Below, piece after piece: positions 19,163 to 28,289 of a DNA stretch of 30,283 nucleotides (position 1 is its first letter; every line of letters starts with the position of its first letter). Both the position numbers and the translations under genes were made by a program. The notes beneath the pieces are model-generated. The model did not search any database. It had not been told where the DNA came from and saw only the letters and a program-made list of their open reading frames with translations. This stretch comes from a virus (Duplodnaviria > Caudoviricetes): IMG/VR virus record IMGVR_UViG_3300006736_000053, positions 1-30,283 of that record. One strand, given 5' to 3'.

Positions 19163-21725
19163 AAAAGAATCAATCGAAATTAAAGCAACCATGGAACCCG
19201 ATAGCAATTTTGTTAATTTCCAAGAGCTTCAAAGTATTAATACACAAATTTTAAGCCCAATCGTTTCAGCCGATCTAAAAGCCGTTGGCCATCAACGTTA
19301 TTTGTTGTTACCAAACCAACTTACTGTATACAAACAAAATTTTAGTTTTAATGCAAACATTGAACTAACCGAACCCGATGATCCATTATTAGGTTTTAAA
19401 GGTTTCAGATGGACGAGGCACGCCGTTAGCGATGCCTCCGGAAATCCTCAGTATTCTGCCAACTTTAGTGATCCACCCGGAAAGAACACTGTTGTAACAA
19501 GTTTGGTAGAATTTGTTGAAGCCCCGCTTGATGATTTAGGCCGCGCGACTCCTCGTTTTATTAAATCTGAGTTGAGCCCTCAAGAACAATTATATACTAC
19601 CATGATTGAGTATATGGAATTTACAAGAACAACCACGGGTATACCTGCTAATATCGAGATACCAAAGGGATTATACACACACGAATATCATAGATTTGAT
19701 TTACCCATCCCGCAAAGTGCGAACATTGGTTCTTCATATTTTATGAACCCCCTTTATGGCAAAAAAACATGTGATTTGGTTTATTATGACGAGTTTTTCT
19801 ACCCGGCAGCAGGGAATGTACAAGAAAGGTTTTACCCAAATATTTATACGTTAGGATATACCCACTTCTACGGTGCCAGTGACTTAATTTTGGAAGCGCT
19901 TTCGTTTGGTTCAGCAATTGACCCAAGAAAAATAGTTAATTATGATAGTGATATCCGTCGAATTGATGATGTTTCTCTTTATATGTACGAGTGGTCACGT
20001 GCTGTTGCAACGAATACTCTTACTCCGTTATCTGATTCAAAATTACAAGAAAATATTATTTTAACCGATACAAATATCATTGAAGAAATTAATAAGAAGA
20101 AGTTTTTGTTCCCGGGTTTTGTAGAATTAGAGTTTTCTGCCAAACGCCAAGGGCACATGGGCAAATTATTATCAGATACTAGTCTTTCACATGCATTAAT
20201 AAAACATGTTATGTTTAAACAACCAGATTCTACTGATTATATTGATACAACAATTGATACAACATCTGGTATTTTTACCGGCGAAACACGAAAAACAAAT
20301 ACAACCAATAATTCATACCGTACATGGGACATAGATAAATTCATGAACGGGTTATCACTTAGTTCTTTTAGTAAGTTGGTGGTACCAACTCAATCCGCAT
20401 TCGCTTTACAAAACCAAAATGTACGGCCATCTGGTCTTGTTTTAGATAGTATTGAATCTCATGGAGAACAAACACATAAACTAGATAAAAAATTTAGTTT
20501 GTTTATGCTGAAAAAACTTTATCCTAAAATTAAAAGAAATTCGGTAATATCATATAATCGTATATTAAACGGTGAAACACAATATACTGAGCCACTGTTT
20601 TATAAGATTGAACAGTTTCTTGAAAGAACAGACAATCTTACAGCTAAAGTGGGAAGCACATATTGGATTACAGCGCCCAAGGATAAAGATTTGTTGCAAT
20701 TAATCGATACCCAAATCTATCCCGACCGCAAATATCGATATCAAGTAACAGCGTATTTTTATGCACTTGAAGAAACTTATCACTTCGATGGGATCGAAGA
20801 TGGCCAATCAGTAGAAGACGAAAAAAATACAGGCGAACCATCAGATTTGTCACATATTGGTGGATCCAAAACTCCCAATCTTAACGAAAGTCACACAGAA
20901 ACATTGCCGATTATAAGAACGTCTGTGTTACGTGGAAAACTAATTGAAATACCAGATTATTACACATTTTCAAATATTGCAATTTCTGAAAAACCACCAA
21001 TGCCTCCGGATGTGAATATCGTACCATATGTTGGTGTTAAGGATAAAATTTTAATCAATTTGTCAACAAATTATGGTCAAATTACCATGCCTGCAGTACC
21101 AATATTTGAAGAAGATAAAATTAATTTTGGGAAGAAACTCATTAGCCAAGGTAAAACCGGATATGTTGAACGAGGGTTAAACACACTCTTGTTTAGGGGT
21201 GATGATTCAGCTTCACACTACCAAATATTACGATTAACAGAAAAGCCGTATAACTATTCGGCATTTAAAAATGCCGAATTAATGCGTATTAACGCCGAGA
21301 CACCTTCGTTTAAAGATACTTTAATACCGAATAAACTATATTATTATACAATGAGAACGGTAGATGAACACGGAAACGTGTCTAACCCTTCACCAATTTA
21401 TGAGGTAAAATTAATATCAAATTCTGGTATAATATACCCACAGATAAGAATTATTGTTCCGGAACCCAGCAACAGAGGTCTTTCGAATATAAAACAATGT
21501 AAAAGGTATTTGGCTATAGTTCCAGCATTTGAACAATTAGAACCGACTGATAACCCCAACGCACGAACTCCAATTGTTGGAAAGGGTTTATTTGAACCAA
21601 ACAAAAAGAAACGATTTAAAATTAGACTAACTTCGAAGTCGACAGGCCGCCGAGTTGATGTTAATGTGCGTTTTGAACATAAACACAATGGTGGTCAACA
21701 GAAACCCAAGCCTAGGACGACCTAA
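19155..21725 (+). CDS. Virion protein with fibronectin type III-like segments
   Basis: 856 aa. IDTQIYPDRKYRYQVTAY (about 20703) and KDTLIPNKLYYYTMRTVDEHGNVSNPS (about 21312) match FN3 C-terminal strands, and the second is preceded by PPMPPDV. Confidence 0.55.
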   Translation: MAKKESIEIKATMEPDSNFVNFQELQSINTQILSPIVSADLKAVGHQRYLLLPNQLTVYKQNFSFNANIELTEPDDPLLGFKGFRWTRHAVSDASGNPQYSANFSDPPGKNTVVTSLVEFVEAPLDDLGRATPRFIKSELSPQEQLYTTMIEYMEFTRTTTGIPANIEIPKGLYTHEYHRFDLPIPQSANIGSSYFMNPLYGKKTCDLVYYDEFFYPAAGNVQERFYPNIYTLGYTHFYGASDLILEALSFGSAIDPRKIVNYDSDIRRIDDVSLYMYEWSRAVATNTLTPLSDSKLQENIILTDTNIIEEINKKKFLFPGFVELEFSAKRQGHMGKLLSDTSLSHALIKHVMFKQPDSTDYIDTTIDTTSGIFTGETRKTNTTNNSYRTWDIDKFMNGLSLSSFSKLVVPTQSAFALQNQNVRPSGLVLDSIESHGEQTHKLDKKFSLFMLKKLYPKIKRNSVISYNRILNGETQYTEPLFYKIEQFLERTDNLTAKVGSTYWITAPKDKDLLQLIDTQIYPDRKYRYQVTAYFYALEETYHFDGIEDGQSVEDEKNTGEPSDLSHIGGSKTPNLNESHTETLPIIRTSVLRGKLIEIPDYYTFSNIAISEKPPMPPDVNIVPYVGVKDKILINLSTNYGQITMPAVPIFEEDKINFGKKLISQGKTGYVERGLNTLLFRGDDSASHYQILRLTEKPYNYSAFKNAELMRINAETPSFKDTLIPNKLYYYTMRTVDEHGNVSNPSPIYEVKLISNSGIIYPQIRIIVPEPSNRGLSNIKQCKRYLAIVPAFEQLEPTDNPNARTPIVGKGLFEPNKKKRFKIRLTSKSTGRRVDVNVRFEHKHNGGQQKPKPRTT

Positions 21726-21745
21726 TTTAAAGGCGTATTAAAGGC

Positions 21746-21776
21746 AATTAGTACTAATTATAGTTAACAATAGGAG
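21746..21776 (+). promoter_or_regulatory. Late-promoter-like ACTAATTA overlapping a 14-bp palindrome, followed by an SD
   Basis: AATTAGTACTAATT (21746-21759) is a perfect palindrome. ACTAATTA is at 21753-21760 and AGGAG at 21772-21776, before ATG 21788. Confidence 0.55.
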
Positions 21777-21787
21777 AAAAGAGAGAA

Positions 21788-22723
21788 ATGGCATTTTTAG
21801 ATAATAGTGGAGACATTATACTTGATGCGGTATTAACAGATACCGGAAGATTTCGTATGGCGAAGGGCGATGGTAGTTTTAAAATTGCCAAATTTGCTTT
21901 GGGCGACGACGAGATCGATTATTCGAATTTTAAGAACGATAATGCAGATGGCGGCGCACACACTAGTGGTTCGGCCTATTATGATTTAGAAATTCTACAA
22001 ACACCCATTTTAGAAGCTTTTACTAACAACACATCGTTGATGAAAACAAAGCTTATTACAATTCCAAGAACAAACCTTCTATTTTTGCCAGCAATGCGGT
22101 TGAATACCGCAGAGCCTGACTCTCGTTTTTGGAATAATAGTACCAATGGTACCACAAACTACTTTGTGGTTACATGTAATAAAACAACTACTGAGTGTTT
22201 TGTTGACGCAAGTATTAGTGATGGTTGGTTAGACGGATTTACCCTTCGTGGTTCGAATCATGTCCGAATTGACCAAGGCCTCATTACAACTGAAATTGCG
22301 CCCGAAACACCTTTAGACCTAGACCTTAAAGAAACACAATACATCATTGAAATGGATAATCGTCTGGGTCGGCTGGCGTCACCATTTGGTAGAGAATTAC
22401 CAAAACCGTCGTTTATCGATGATGATAACATTGCAACGTATTTTGTATCAACTGCTGATGGGTCGTTTGTTTCAAAACTACAAACCTCCGATAAATACCA
22501 AGGCCCGATTACTGGCCCACGCGGAACAAGACTTGAATTTAAAATTCAAGCTTCAACAGACTTACAATTTACTAGTACAGTATTGTTTAGTCGATTTGGC
22601 GGCTCTGCAACTAACTTTGTTGATTCAATTAGTATTGATTACATTGATTCTACAGTTAGAGTGACGGGCGCTACAACTGGATATAGAATTGACGTGCCAG
22701 TACGGTTCGCAAAGAAACAATAA
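21788..22723 (+). CDS. Putative baseplate / tail-collar structural protein
   Basis: 311 aa with a good SD. The N-terminal AVLTDTGR..MA.G...IAKFALGD resembles the start of tail-collar/fibre N-terminal (DUF3751-type) domains. Confidence 0.55.
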   Translation: MAFLDNSGDIILDAVLTDTGRFRMAKGDGSFKIAKFALGDDEIDYSNFKNDNADGGAHTSGSAYYDLEILQTPILEAFTNNTSLMKTKLITIPRTNLLFLPAMRLNTAEPDSRFWNNSTNGTTNYFVVTCNKTTTECFVDASISDGWLDGFTLRGSNHVRIDQGLITTEIAPETPLDLDLKETQYIIEMDNRLGRLASPFGRELPKPSFIDDDNIATYFVSTADGSFVSKLQTSDKYQGPITGPRGTRLEFKIQASTDLQFTSTVLFSRFGGSATNFVDSISIDYIDSTVRVTGATTGYRIDVPVRFAKKQ

Positions 22724-22737
22724 TATAGAGGATTATT

Positions 22738-23772
22738 ATGGCTAGCATTTTTAAAACATTTTTAGACGGGGACGTAGCGCGTACGCGAAATCTTCTTCAT
22801 GAAGCAATTCCGATTACCGGCTCTATTGTTTCTGGTTCGTACGCAGAAGAAAACATTAAAGAATATACTCATGGTATGTTCCAGTCAGTATATGATTATC
22901 CGTATCTTAGTTCTTCGGCAAACCATATATTTGATATTACATGTGGAGTACACTCTACTTCGTCTCTTTTTACCGGCATAACAAGCCAGCAAGCTAAAAA
23001 AGAAAACATTTATAATCAAATGGCTCAAGTTTTGATGGGTTATGATTCAACCAGCGCGATTAAACTATTTTCAAACGAAGCTGGTACTACTATGGATAGT
23101 GTCTTTTTCATGAATTTTAGTCGGCTTTTGGTCAAAGATGAGATTAAGAAAGGCTCGGTTTCATTAACATGGATGACTGGTGGTGCCGCACCATCTGTGG
23201 CTACACCCAACGGTGCGTTGACTGTTACCGACACAGGTTCTGTGACAAATTATCGCGTGGATGCAGCAGCCGGTGAATATGGTTATATGTACGACGCGAG
23301 TGGTAACAATGCTGGGTTGGTATTTTATCAAGCCGGTGTGGTTGTTTTCACATCTTCGCTCTTTATTACCGCAGACGGCTTCGGCGGTGGCGGCGACGAC
23401 ACTGTTTTTGGCACAGGTAGTGAGGACGCACAAACCGTTATGCAAGAAGCAACCATTGGTGTTTTTGCCGATGATCTAAGATTTAGAATTAGAGATATTT
23501 CGTTTAATAATACCACAGAGTTAAACTCAACAATTTATTTCTGTAGAGCCAATCATAGCGAATTCAACTATAGTTCAAACCCAACTTATTTGTCAGGTAC
23601 TTCAAGTAAAATTATGGTAAAAGAGAACACACTCGATGAACCGGTAAGTTATATTACAACCATTGGTTTATACTCTGCGGATAATGAATTGCTAGCAGTC
23701 GCAAAAGTTTCCGAAGCATTGAAAAAAACCCCCCAAAACGAGCTTACACTGCGCGTTCGATTAGACTATTAA
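22738..23772 (+). CDS. Putative baseplate structural protein, paralogue of 23812..24984
   Basis: 344 aa, SD GAGG. C-terminal EFNYSSNPTY...YITTIGLYSADNELLAVAKVSEALKK...LRVRLDY. Confidence 0.6.
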   Translation: MASIFKTFLDGDVARTRNLLHEAIPITGSIVSGSYAEENIKEYTHGMFQSVYDYPYLSSSANHIFDITCGVHSTSSLFTGITSQQAKKENIYNQMAQVLMGYDSTSAIKLFSNEAGTTMDSVFFMNFSRLLVKDEIKKGSVSLTWMTGGAAPSVATPNGALTVTDTGSVTNYRVDAAAGEYGYMYDASGNNAGLVFYQAGVVVFTSSLFITADGFGGGGDDTVFGTGSEDAQTVMQEATIGVFADDLRFRIRDISFNNTTELNSTIYFCRANHSEFNYSSNPTYLSGTSSKIMVKENTLDEPVSYITTIGLYSADNELLAVAKVSEALKKTPQNELTLRVRLDY

Positions 23773-23811
23773 ACTCTGTCTTGGGTGGCCAAAAGAGGTT
23801 GTTAGCGATTA

Positions 23812-24984
23812 ATGTCATTCTACGAATTTGATGAAAACTCAGTCTTTGTTAATCAGATGGAAGCCAATCCATATTGTCACTTCTTTATGTATAACCAAGA
23901 GACAATCTATAATAAAGATGTGATGTCTGGTCGGACAGGTCCACATTCCGGAAACATTAATCGGATCGACCCGGGTGATATAAACCTATATGAATTCAAT
24001 GTTGACCGTCCTAATGGTGGGCTAATATATCCTTTTGCTGTTAAAGAAGGCACTCATTCTAATCTTAAAACGGTTGCTTTAGCTAGCTATCGTGGAGATT
24101 TTGCATACGGTGATGAAATTACTGGTTCATATCCGTTATCAGCCAGTATTTCGAAAGACTATTATAACACAGATGTTGATAGAGCAAACGTTCAAGCGCT
24201 TAGAAACACTCTTGATTATTATGCCAAACTAAGTCAGCACTATTTGTACTCAGGATCTTTTGGAAAAAAGGCGACTCAAGAATTAGGTTTAATATCTATA
24301 CCTTCTATTTTTTATGGTTCGTCTATGCGTAAGGGTACAGTAAATCTTAAGTTTTATGTCACCGGCTCGCTGATTGGTCATTTAAACGATGCAAACAAAA
24401 ATGGAGAATTAATTGAGCAAGTAGGCACAAACAGTGGCTCTGTCGGTGGAGTTGTACTATACACTGAAGGTTTTATGGTATTGACTGGTAGTTGGGATAT
24501 ATCTGAAGGAACCCATACTGAGATTTATCATAACGGTTCGGAAGCTCCTACATGGGTTATGTTTGGAGCTACAATTTCTGGTTCTGTAACATGCGCATCT
24601 TCAAGTTTTGAAATGGATTTTGAGGGTACAACTCGTACGCCAACACTGACGATGTTAGCTCACGCTCCCCGGGCCGAATTAAACTTTTCAGACAACCCAA
24701 CATATACAGACTTCGCACCGGTTATTGCTGACGCGTGTGGGGACTCGGTTCAAGCCTTTTTAACATCTTCCGGTCAAATTTGGCAAGAGCCACAAAAATA
24801 TGTATTTAACACAATCAGCAGTTCATACACCAGACACTCAGCCAGTTTTGAACACCAAACATTTATTAGTTCTATTGGTATATACGATGAAGATAAAAAC
24901 TTAATTGGTATAGCACGTACTGCAAAACCTGTACGAAAAAAGCTCACCGACGAATACACTTTTAAACTTAAGTTAGATATTTAA
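23812..24984 (+). CDS. Putative baseplate structural protein, paralogue of 22738..23772
   Basis: 390 aa. ELNFSDNPTY...FISSIGIYDEDKNLIGIARTAKPVRK...FKLKLDI; it also shares the KGTVNL and GVVLYTEG blocks with the upstream gene. Confidence 0.6.
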   Translation: MSFYEFDENSVFVNQMEANPYCHFFMYNQETIYNKDVMSGRTGPHSGNINRIDPGDINLYEFNVDRPNGGLIYPFAVKEGTHSNLKTVALASYRGDFAYGDEITGSYPLSASISKDYYNTDVDRANVQALRNTLDYYAKLSQHYLYSGSFGKKATQELGLISIPSIFYGSSMRKGTVNLKFYVTGSLIGHLNDANKNGELIEQVGTNSGSVGGVVLYTEGFMVLTGSWDISEGTHTEIYHNGSEAPTWVMFGATISGSVTCASSSFEMDFEGTTRTPTLTMLAHAPRAELNFSDNPTYTDFAPVIADACGDSVQAFLTSSGQIWQEPQKYVFNTISSSYTRHSASFEHQTFISSIGIYDEDKNLIGIARTAKPVRKKLTDEYTFKLKLDI

Positions 24985-24997
24985 AAAGGAAAATAAA

Positions 24998-25558
24998 ATG
25001 ATATTAGGTCTAGACATTAGTACTAGTGTTGTAGGCTATTCTGTGGTAGACTGTCACGGCGACGTTATAAGATTCGGCGCATGGCCTATGAAACCAAAGG
25101 ATTTTCCCGACAACAACATATTCAGAAAAGTCGATTTTATAAAAGACAAATTATTAACAATTAAAGCAAATGGTACACCAATTACAAAAATTTGTATTGA
25201 AGCACCGTTTGAATTTTTTGGTGGTACCGGCAAAAAGAAAAGGAGTTCGGCCCACACTATGGCTAGATTGTTAAAATATAACGCAATGGTGTCCTACGTA
25301 GCCAGAAACACTTTTGGTTTAGAACCGGAATACTTAAGCCCAGCATCTGCTAGAAAGATTTGTTCTTTAAAAATCACACGTAGTCGTGATAAGCGGGCAA
25401 CCAAAAACACGGTTTTAGAACATGTCTGTAAAAATTATAAAGATTTAAATGTTGAATATACTAGGTTCGATAACCCAAAAACTATTTACTATGATATGGC
25501 AGACGCCATCATCGTCGCCATGGCTGCTTATAAAAAAGATCTTGACGCATCCAAGTAA
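24998..25558 (+). CDS. RuvC-like Holliday junction resolvase (RNase H fold)
   Basis: 186 aa with catalytic motifs ILGLDISTSVVGY, ICIE and YDMADAIIVA. SD AAGGA. Confidence 0.85.
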   Translation: MILGLDISTSVVGYSVVDCHGDVIRFGAWPMKPKDFPDNNIFRKVDFIKDKLLTIKANGTPITKICIEAPFEFFGGTGKKKRSSAHTMARLLKYNAMVSYVARNTFGLEPEYLSPASARKICSLKITRSRDKRATKNTVLEHVCKNYKDLNVEYTRFDNPKTIYYDMADAIIVAMAAYKKDLDASK

Positions 25559-25587
25559 ATGTGTTATTCTATATAGGCGAGTAGGAG
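25542..25587 (+). promoter_or_regulatory. Sigma70-type promoter (extended -10) and SD for the cglF-like/primase unit
   Basis: TTGACG (25542-25547), 17-nt spacer ending in TGt, TATTCT (25565-25570). AGGAG at 25583-25587, ATG at 25594. Confidence 0.7.
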
Positions 25588-25593
25588 TACCAC

Positions 25594-25839
25594 ATGCGAA
25601 AATTATTAGTAGTGCTGGTGTTAGCACTATCCTTTGGCGCAATTGCCAAACCCCCAACCAAATCAACCAAATCAAAATTTTATGATTTTAGTGACCAAGT
25701 AATTGATGGCGAAATTCGTAAGCCAACGGGTCATTTAATCGATTCCCGTGATCCTGTAAAATTTGGTAGACTTTTAAAACTTAAGAAAGACTTACTTTCG
25801 CGAATTTATATCACTTCAAAGAACAAGCTGTTTAAATAA
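25594..25839 (+). CDS. cglF: Small secreted protein resembling myxobacterial adventurous-gliding protein CglF/GltF
   Basis: 81 aa with a Sec signal peptide (MRK-LLVVLVLALSFG-AIA), then YDFSDQVIDGEIRKPTG-x5-R-x4-FGRLLKLKKD. This matches the CglF pattern as I recall it, without gaps. Strong SD and its own promoter. Confidence 0.65.
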   Translation: MRKLLVVLVLALSFGAIAKPPTKSTKSKFYDFSDQVIDGEIRKPTGHLIDSRDPVKFGRLLKLKKDLLSRIYITSKNKLFK

Positions 25840-26793
25840 GTGTTAGCTGAAAAACATGACATATTGCGTAGAGTGCTCGGTCATTCGCGTAGGGTGGGAG
25901 AAGAATATCTATTTGATTGTCCCATGCCCGACTGTGATCACCACAAACCAAAATTAAGCGTCAATATAGAAAAGAACGCATTTAAATGTTGGATTTGTGA
26001 TTACCATGGGAAATCGGTTCGTAGACTCATTAAACGATTTGGAGAAATTCAGCACTTAGTTAAGTGGGACGAGTTAACCAATTTTGAAGAGTATTCAGCT
26101 TCGTCACTAGATGACCTTTTCAAAGACAACCCGGTTTTTGAAATACCTCAACGAATTAAACTTCCTGATGAATTTCGAACACTAACTTCGAAGAAAATAC
26201 CTTTATTTGCCAAACCAGCCATGGCTTATTTACGACGCCGTGGTTTGACATATGAAGATGTTTTGCAATGGAAAATTGGGTTTTGTAACACCGGTAGATA
26301 TCATGATAGAATTATAATTCCGTCATTTGATATGGAAGGTTATTGCAACTATTTTGTTGCCCGTACGTTTACAAATGGCGAAAAATACACGAACCCTCCG
26401 TTATCTAAGGACTTGGTGTTTAATGAGCTATTTTTAGACTGGAACAAAGACGTTGTAGTGGTCGAGGGGGTCTTTGATGCACTAGTGGCGGGTAATGCCC
26501 TGCCTCTTTTGGGCTCGACTGTTAGAGAGGAATCTGTGGTGTTTCAAACAATTTTATCTAATGACCCGGTATTGTATTTAGCGCTGGACGACAACGCACA
26601 AACAAAACGAGAAAAACTAATTGATTTATGCCTTAAATATGAATTAGAAGTTTATAATATTGATACTAGCGGTATTGAGGATATTGGCAGTATTACAAAA
26701 AAACAGTTTGAAAAATTAAAGAAAAATGCCCGACCCATTGTGTCTGAAGACTATTTAGAGTATAAAGTTCATCGTGCTTTGGGAGACATATAA
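25840..26793 (+). CDS. Phage DNA primase (zinc-binding domain + TOPRIM)
   Basis: 317 aa. CPMPDC..HKPKLSVN...FKCWIC zinc ribbon, YLRRRG, RIIIPS, VVVEGVFDA and YLALDDNA. The GTG start abuts the upstream TAA. Confidence 0.9.
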   Translation: MLAEKHDILRRVLGHSRRVGEEYLFDCPMPDCDHHKPKLSVNIEKNAFKCWICDYHGKSVRRLIKRFGEIQHLVKWDELTNFEEYSASSLDDLFKDNPVFEIPQRIKLPDEFRTLTSKKIPLFAKPAMAYLRRRGLTYEDVLQWKIGFCNTGRYHDRIIIPSFDMEGYCNYFVARTFTNGEKYTNPPLSKDLVFNELFLDWNKDVVVVEGVFDALVAGNALPLLGSTVREESVVFQTILSNDPVLYLALDDNAQTKREKLIDLCLKYELEVYNIDTSGIEDIGSITKKQFEKLKKNARPIVSEDYLEYKVHRALGDI

Positions 26794-28226
26794 TGAATAG
26801 AGAATTGTTAAAAAAGTTGGTTTTAGAAGTTTTGGAAAAAGATTCCGAGGCGGAAACTCATATTCCAGATGAACCCGAAGAGGAATCTGAATTCGAAGAA
26901 CAAGAATTTGGCTTAGATACAAAAGAGCACGGCCTCAAAGAATATGGCGGGAAACTTAAAATAGTTAACGAAACATTTAGTAACCCGATCGGAGACGAAG
27001 ACTATCCAAATACACACGTCCGCGCCGAGAAGGACATACGTGGCCGCAGGGTATTAACCGGTGATCTGTCCGCGAAGTATTATTTAGGTTTTTCTAAGAA
27101 CCAAACGTATAGAAAGGCCGGAAACACACACGGGTTAACTAGCCACGCGATAAAACACATAAAAATAATTTCAGAGGCAATGACATATGTTACCCGCGCA
27201 ATCGGCATCATTATAAGCTACGCGCACAATAGTTTACAAAATTGCGATTTTTATATATTCGAACAAGGAGAGGGAAATTCGTCAACAGTTTCGATTCATA
27301 GCAAGAAAAAAGGAAAAATGTTAACATCTACAGATCTGACTACCGGTCTTATACTCAACATGTTTGATATGTTGAATGATGAAAATCACCACCATGCTAG
27401 CTCTTTTGTTATACCCACGATAATTCCAGCCCATCAAAGTGAAACTAATAAATTATTAATAGATCTGAAGGGAATTCTAAATGCATTAGCTCAAGCATAT
27501 GATAAAAAAGCAAGATCTTTTATGGCAAGGGCAATCGACCTAGATAGCCTTACGTTGTTTGACGGTGTACGAGCCCTCCGCGCAGATAAGACTGTTAGTT
27601 TCAAAGAAACGGGAAGTGGTGATACAAATTACGGTAATCCAGTCACGTGTGAGTGGGCCGCTGTAGACTCAAGCGGAGATCCTAAAACATATTACGCGTC
27701 AGATAGAGTGAAGGTTAAATTAAAAACAAGATCGGCAAAAGCATCTGCTAGCGTACAGGAAATGTTTACAAAAGCGGACGATCGAAGTTTTAAACCACCA
27801 AAAAAAGCCAAACCAAAAGCAGAACCGACTGTTACTGCTGCTCCATTAGAAGAAAAAACAAAGATTGAAAAAGCAAAAGAGATCGTAGAAGGTATTATTA
27901 ATGTTATCTTCCGCGTATATCCCGAGCAGGCGGACCAATATGTTCAGAAAAAACGCAAAGAGGGTAAATGGCCGGCGGGCGGGCTCGCTGCCCTCAACAG
28001 GGGTGTTTCGCAAGATCCCACTATAGAACAACAACAGGAATTATATGATACTTTTATCGAGGTCTTATTGAATGACCACACGACCAAAGAAACAAAAGCC
28101 ATTGATTCGAATTATAAAGCTAAAGTTGACGAGGCTTTTGATATATTAATTACAGATTACATTGAAAATTTGGACGAAGCCCTTATCGAACGTGTTTTGA
28201 CCAGACTTCTATTAAAATATTCGTAA
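26793..28226 (+). CDS. Hypothetical protein (477 aa), candidate head-internal/injected protein
   Basis: SD GGAG and ACTATTTA at 26750-26757 upstream. Amphipathic N-terminus with an acidic leader, an HAIKH motif and a Lys/Pro linker. Confidence 0.6.
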   Translation: MNRELLKKLVLEVLEKDSEAETHIPDEPEEESEFEEQEFGLDTKEHGLKEYGGKLKIVNETFSNPIGDEDYPNTHVRAEKDIRGRRVLTGDLSAKYYLGFSKNQTYRKAGNTHGLTSHAIKHIKIISEAMTYVTRAIGIIISYAHNSLQNCDFYIFEQGEGNSSTVSIHSKKKGKMLTSTDLTTGLILNMFDMLNDENHHHASSFVIPTIIPAHQSETNKLLIDLKGILNALAQAYDKKARSFMARAIDLDSLTLFDGVRALRADKTVSFKETGSGDTNYGNPVTCEWAAVDSSGDPKTYYASDRVKVKLKTRSAKASASVQEMFTKADDRSFKPPKKAKPKAEPTVTAAPLEEKTKIEKAKEIVEGIINVIFRVYPEQADQYVQKKRKEGKWPAGGLAALNRGVSQDPTIEQQQELYDTFIEVLLNDHTTKETKAIDSNYKAKVDEAFDILITDYIENLDEALIERVLTRLLLKYS

Positions 28227-28235
28227 AGAAAACCC

Positions 28236-28289
28236 TTGACACCTAGACCTAGGTGTGGTATTATAGTCAAGTAGTCAAAGAACTAAGGA
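28236..28289 (+). promoter_or_regulatory. Near-consensus sigma70 promoter with operator-like inverted repeat and SD
   Basis: TTGACA (28236-28241), 17 nt ending in TGg, TATTAT (28259-28264). Inverted repeat ACACCTAG-ac-CTAGGTGT (28239-28256). TAAGGA precedes ATG 28297. Confidence 0.85.

Noticed and set aside
23773-23811. Bulged hairpin or terminator between the paralogous genes
   Set aside because: The stem needs two bulges and lacks a U-tract; too weak to call.
2442-24984. Bacterial eCIS, tailocin or T6SS locus
   Set aside because: Contiguous phage-type primase, RuvC, gp47 and a homing endonuclease, with no host housekeeping genes, favour a phage genome.
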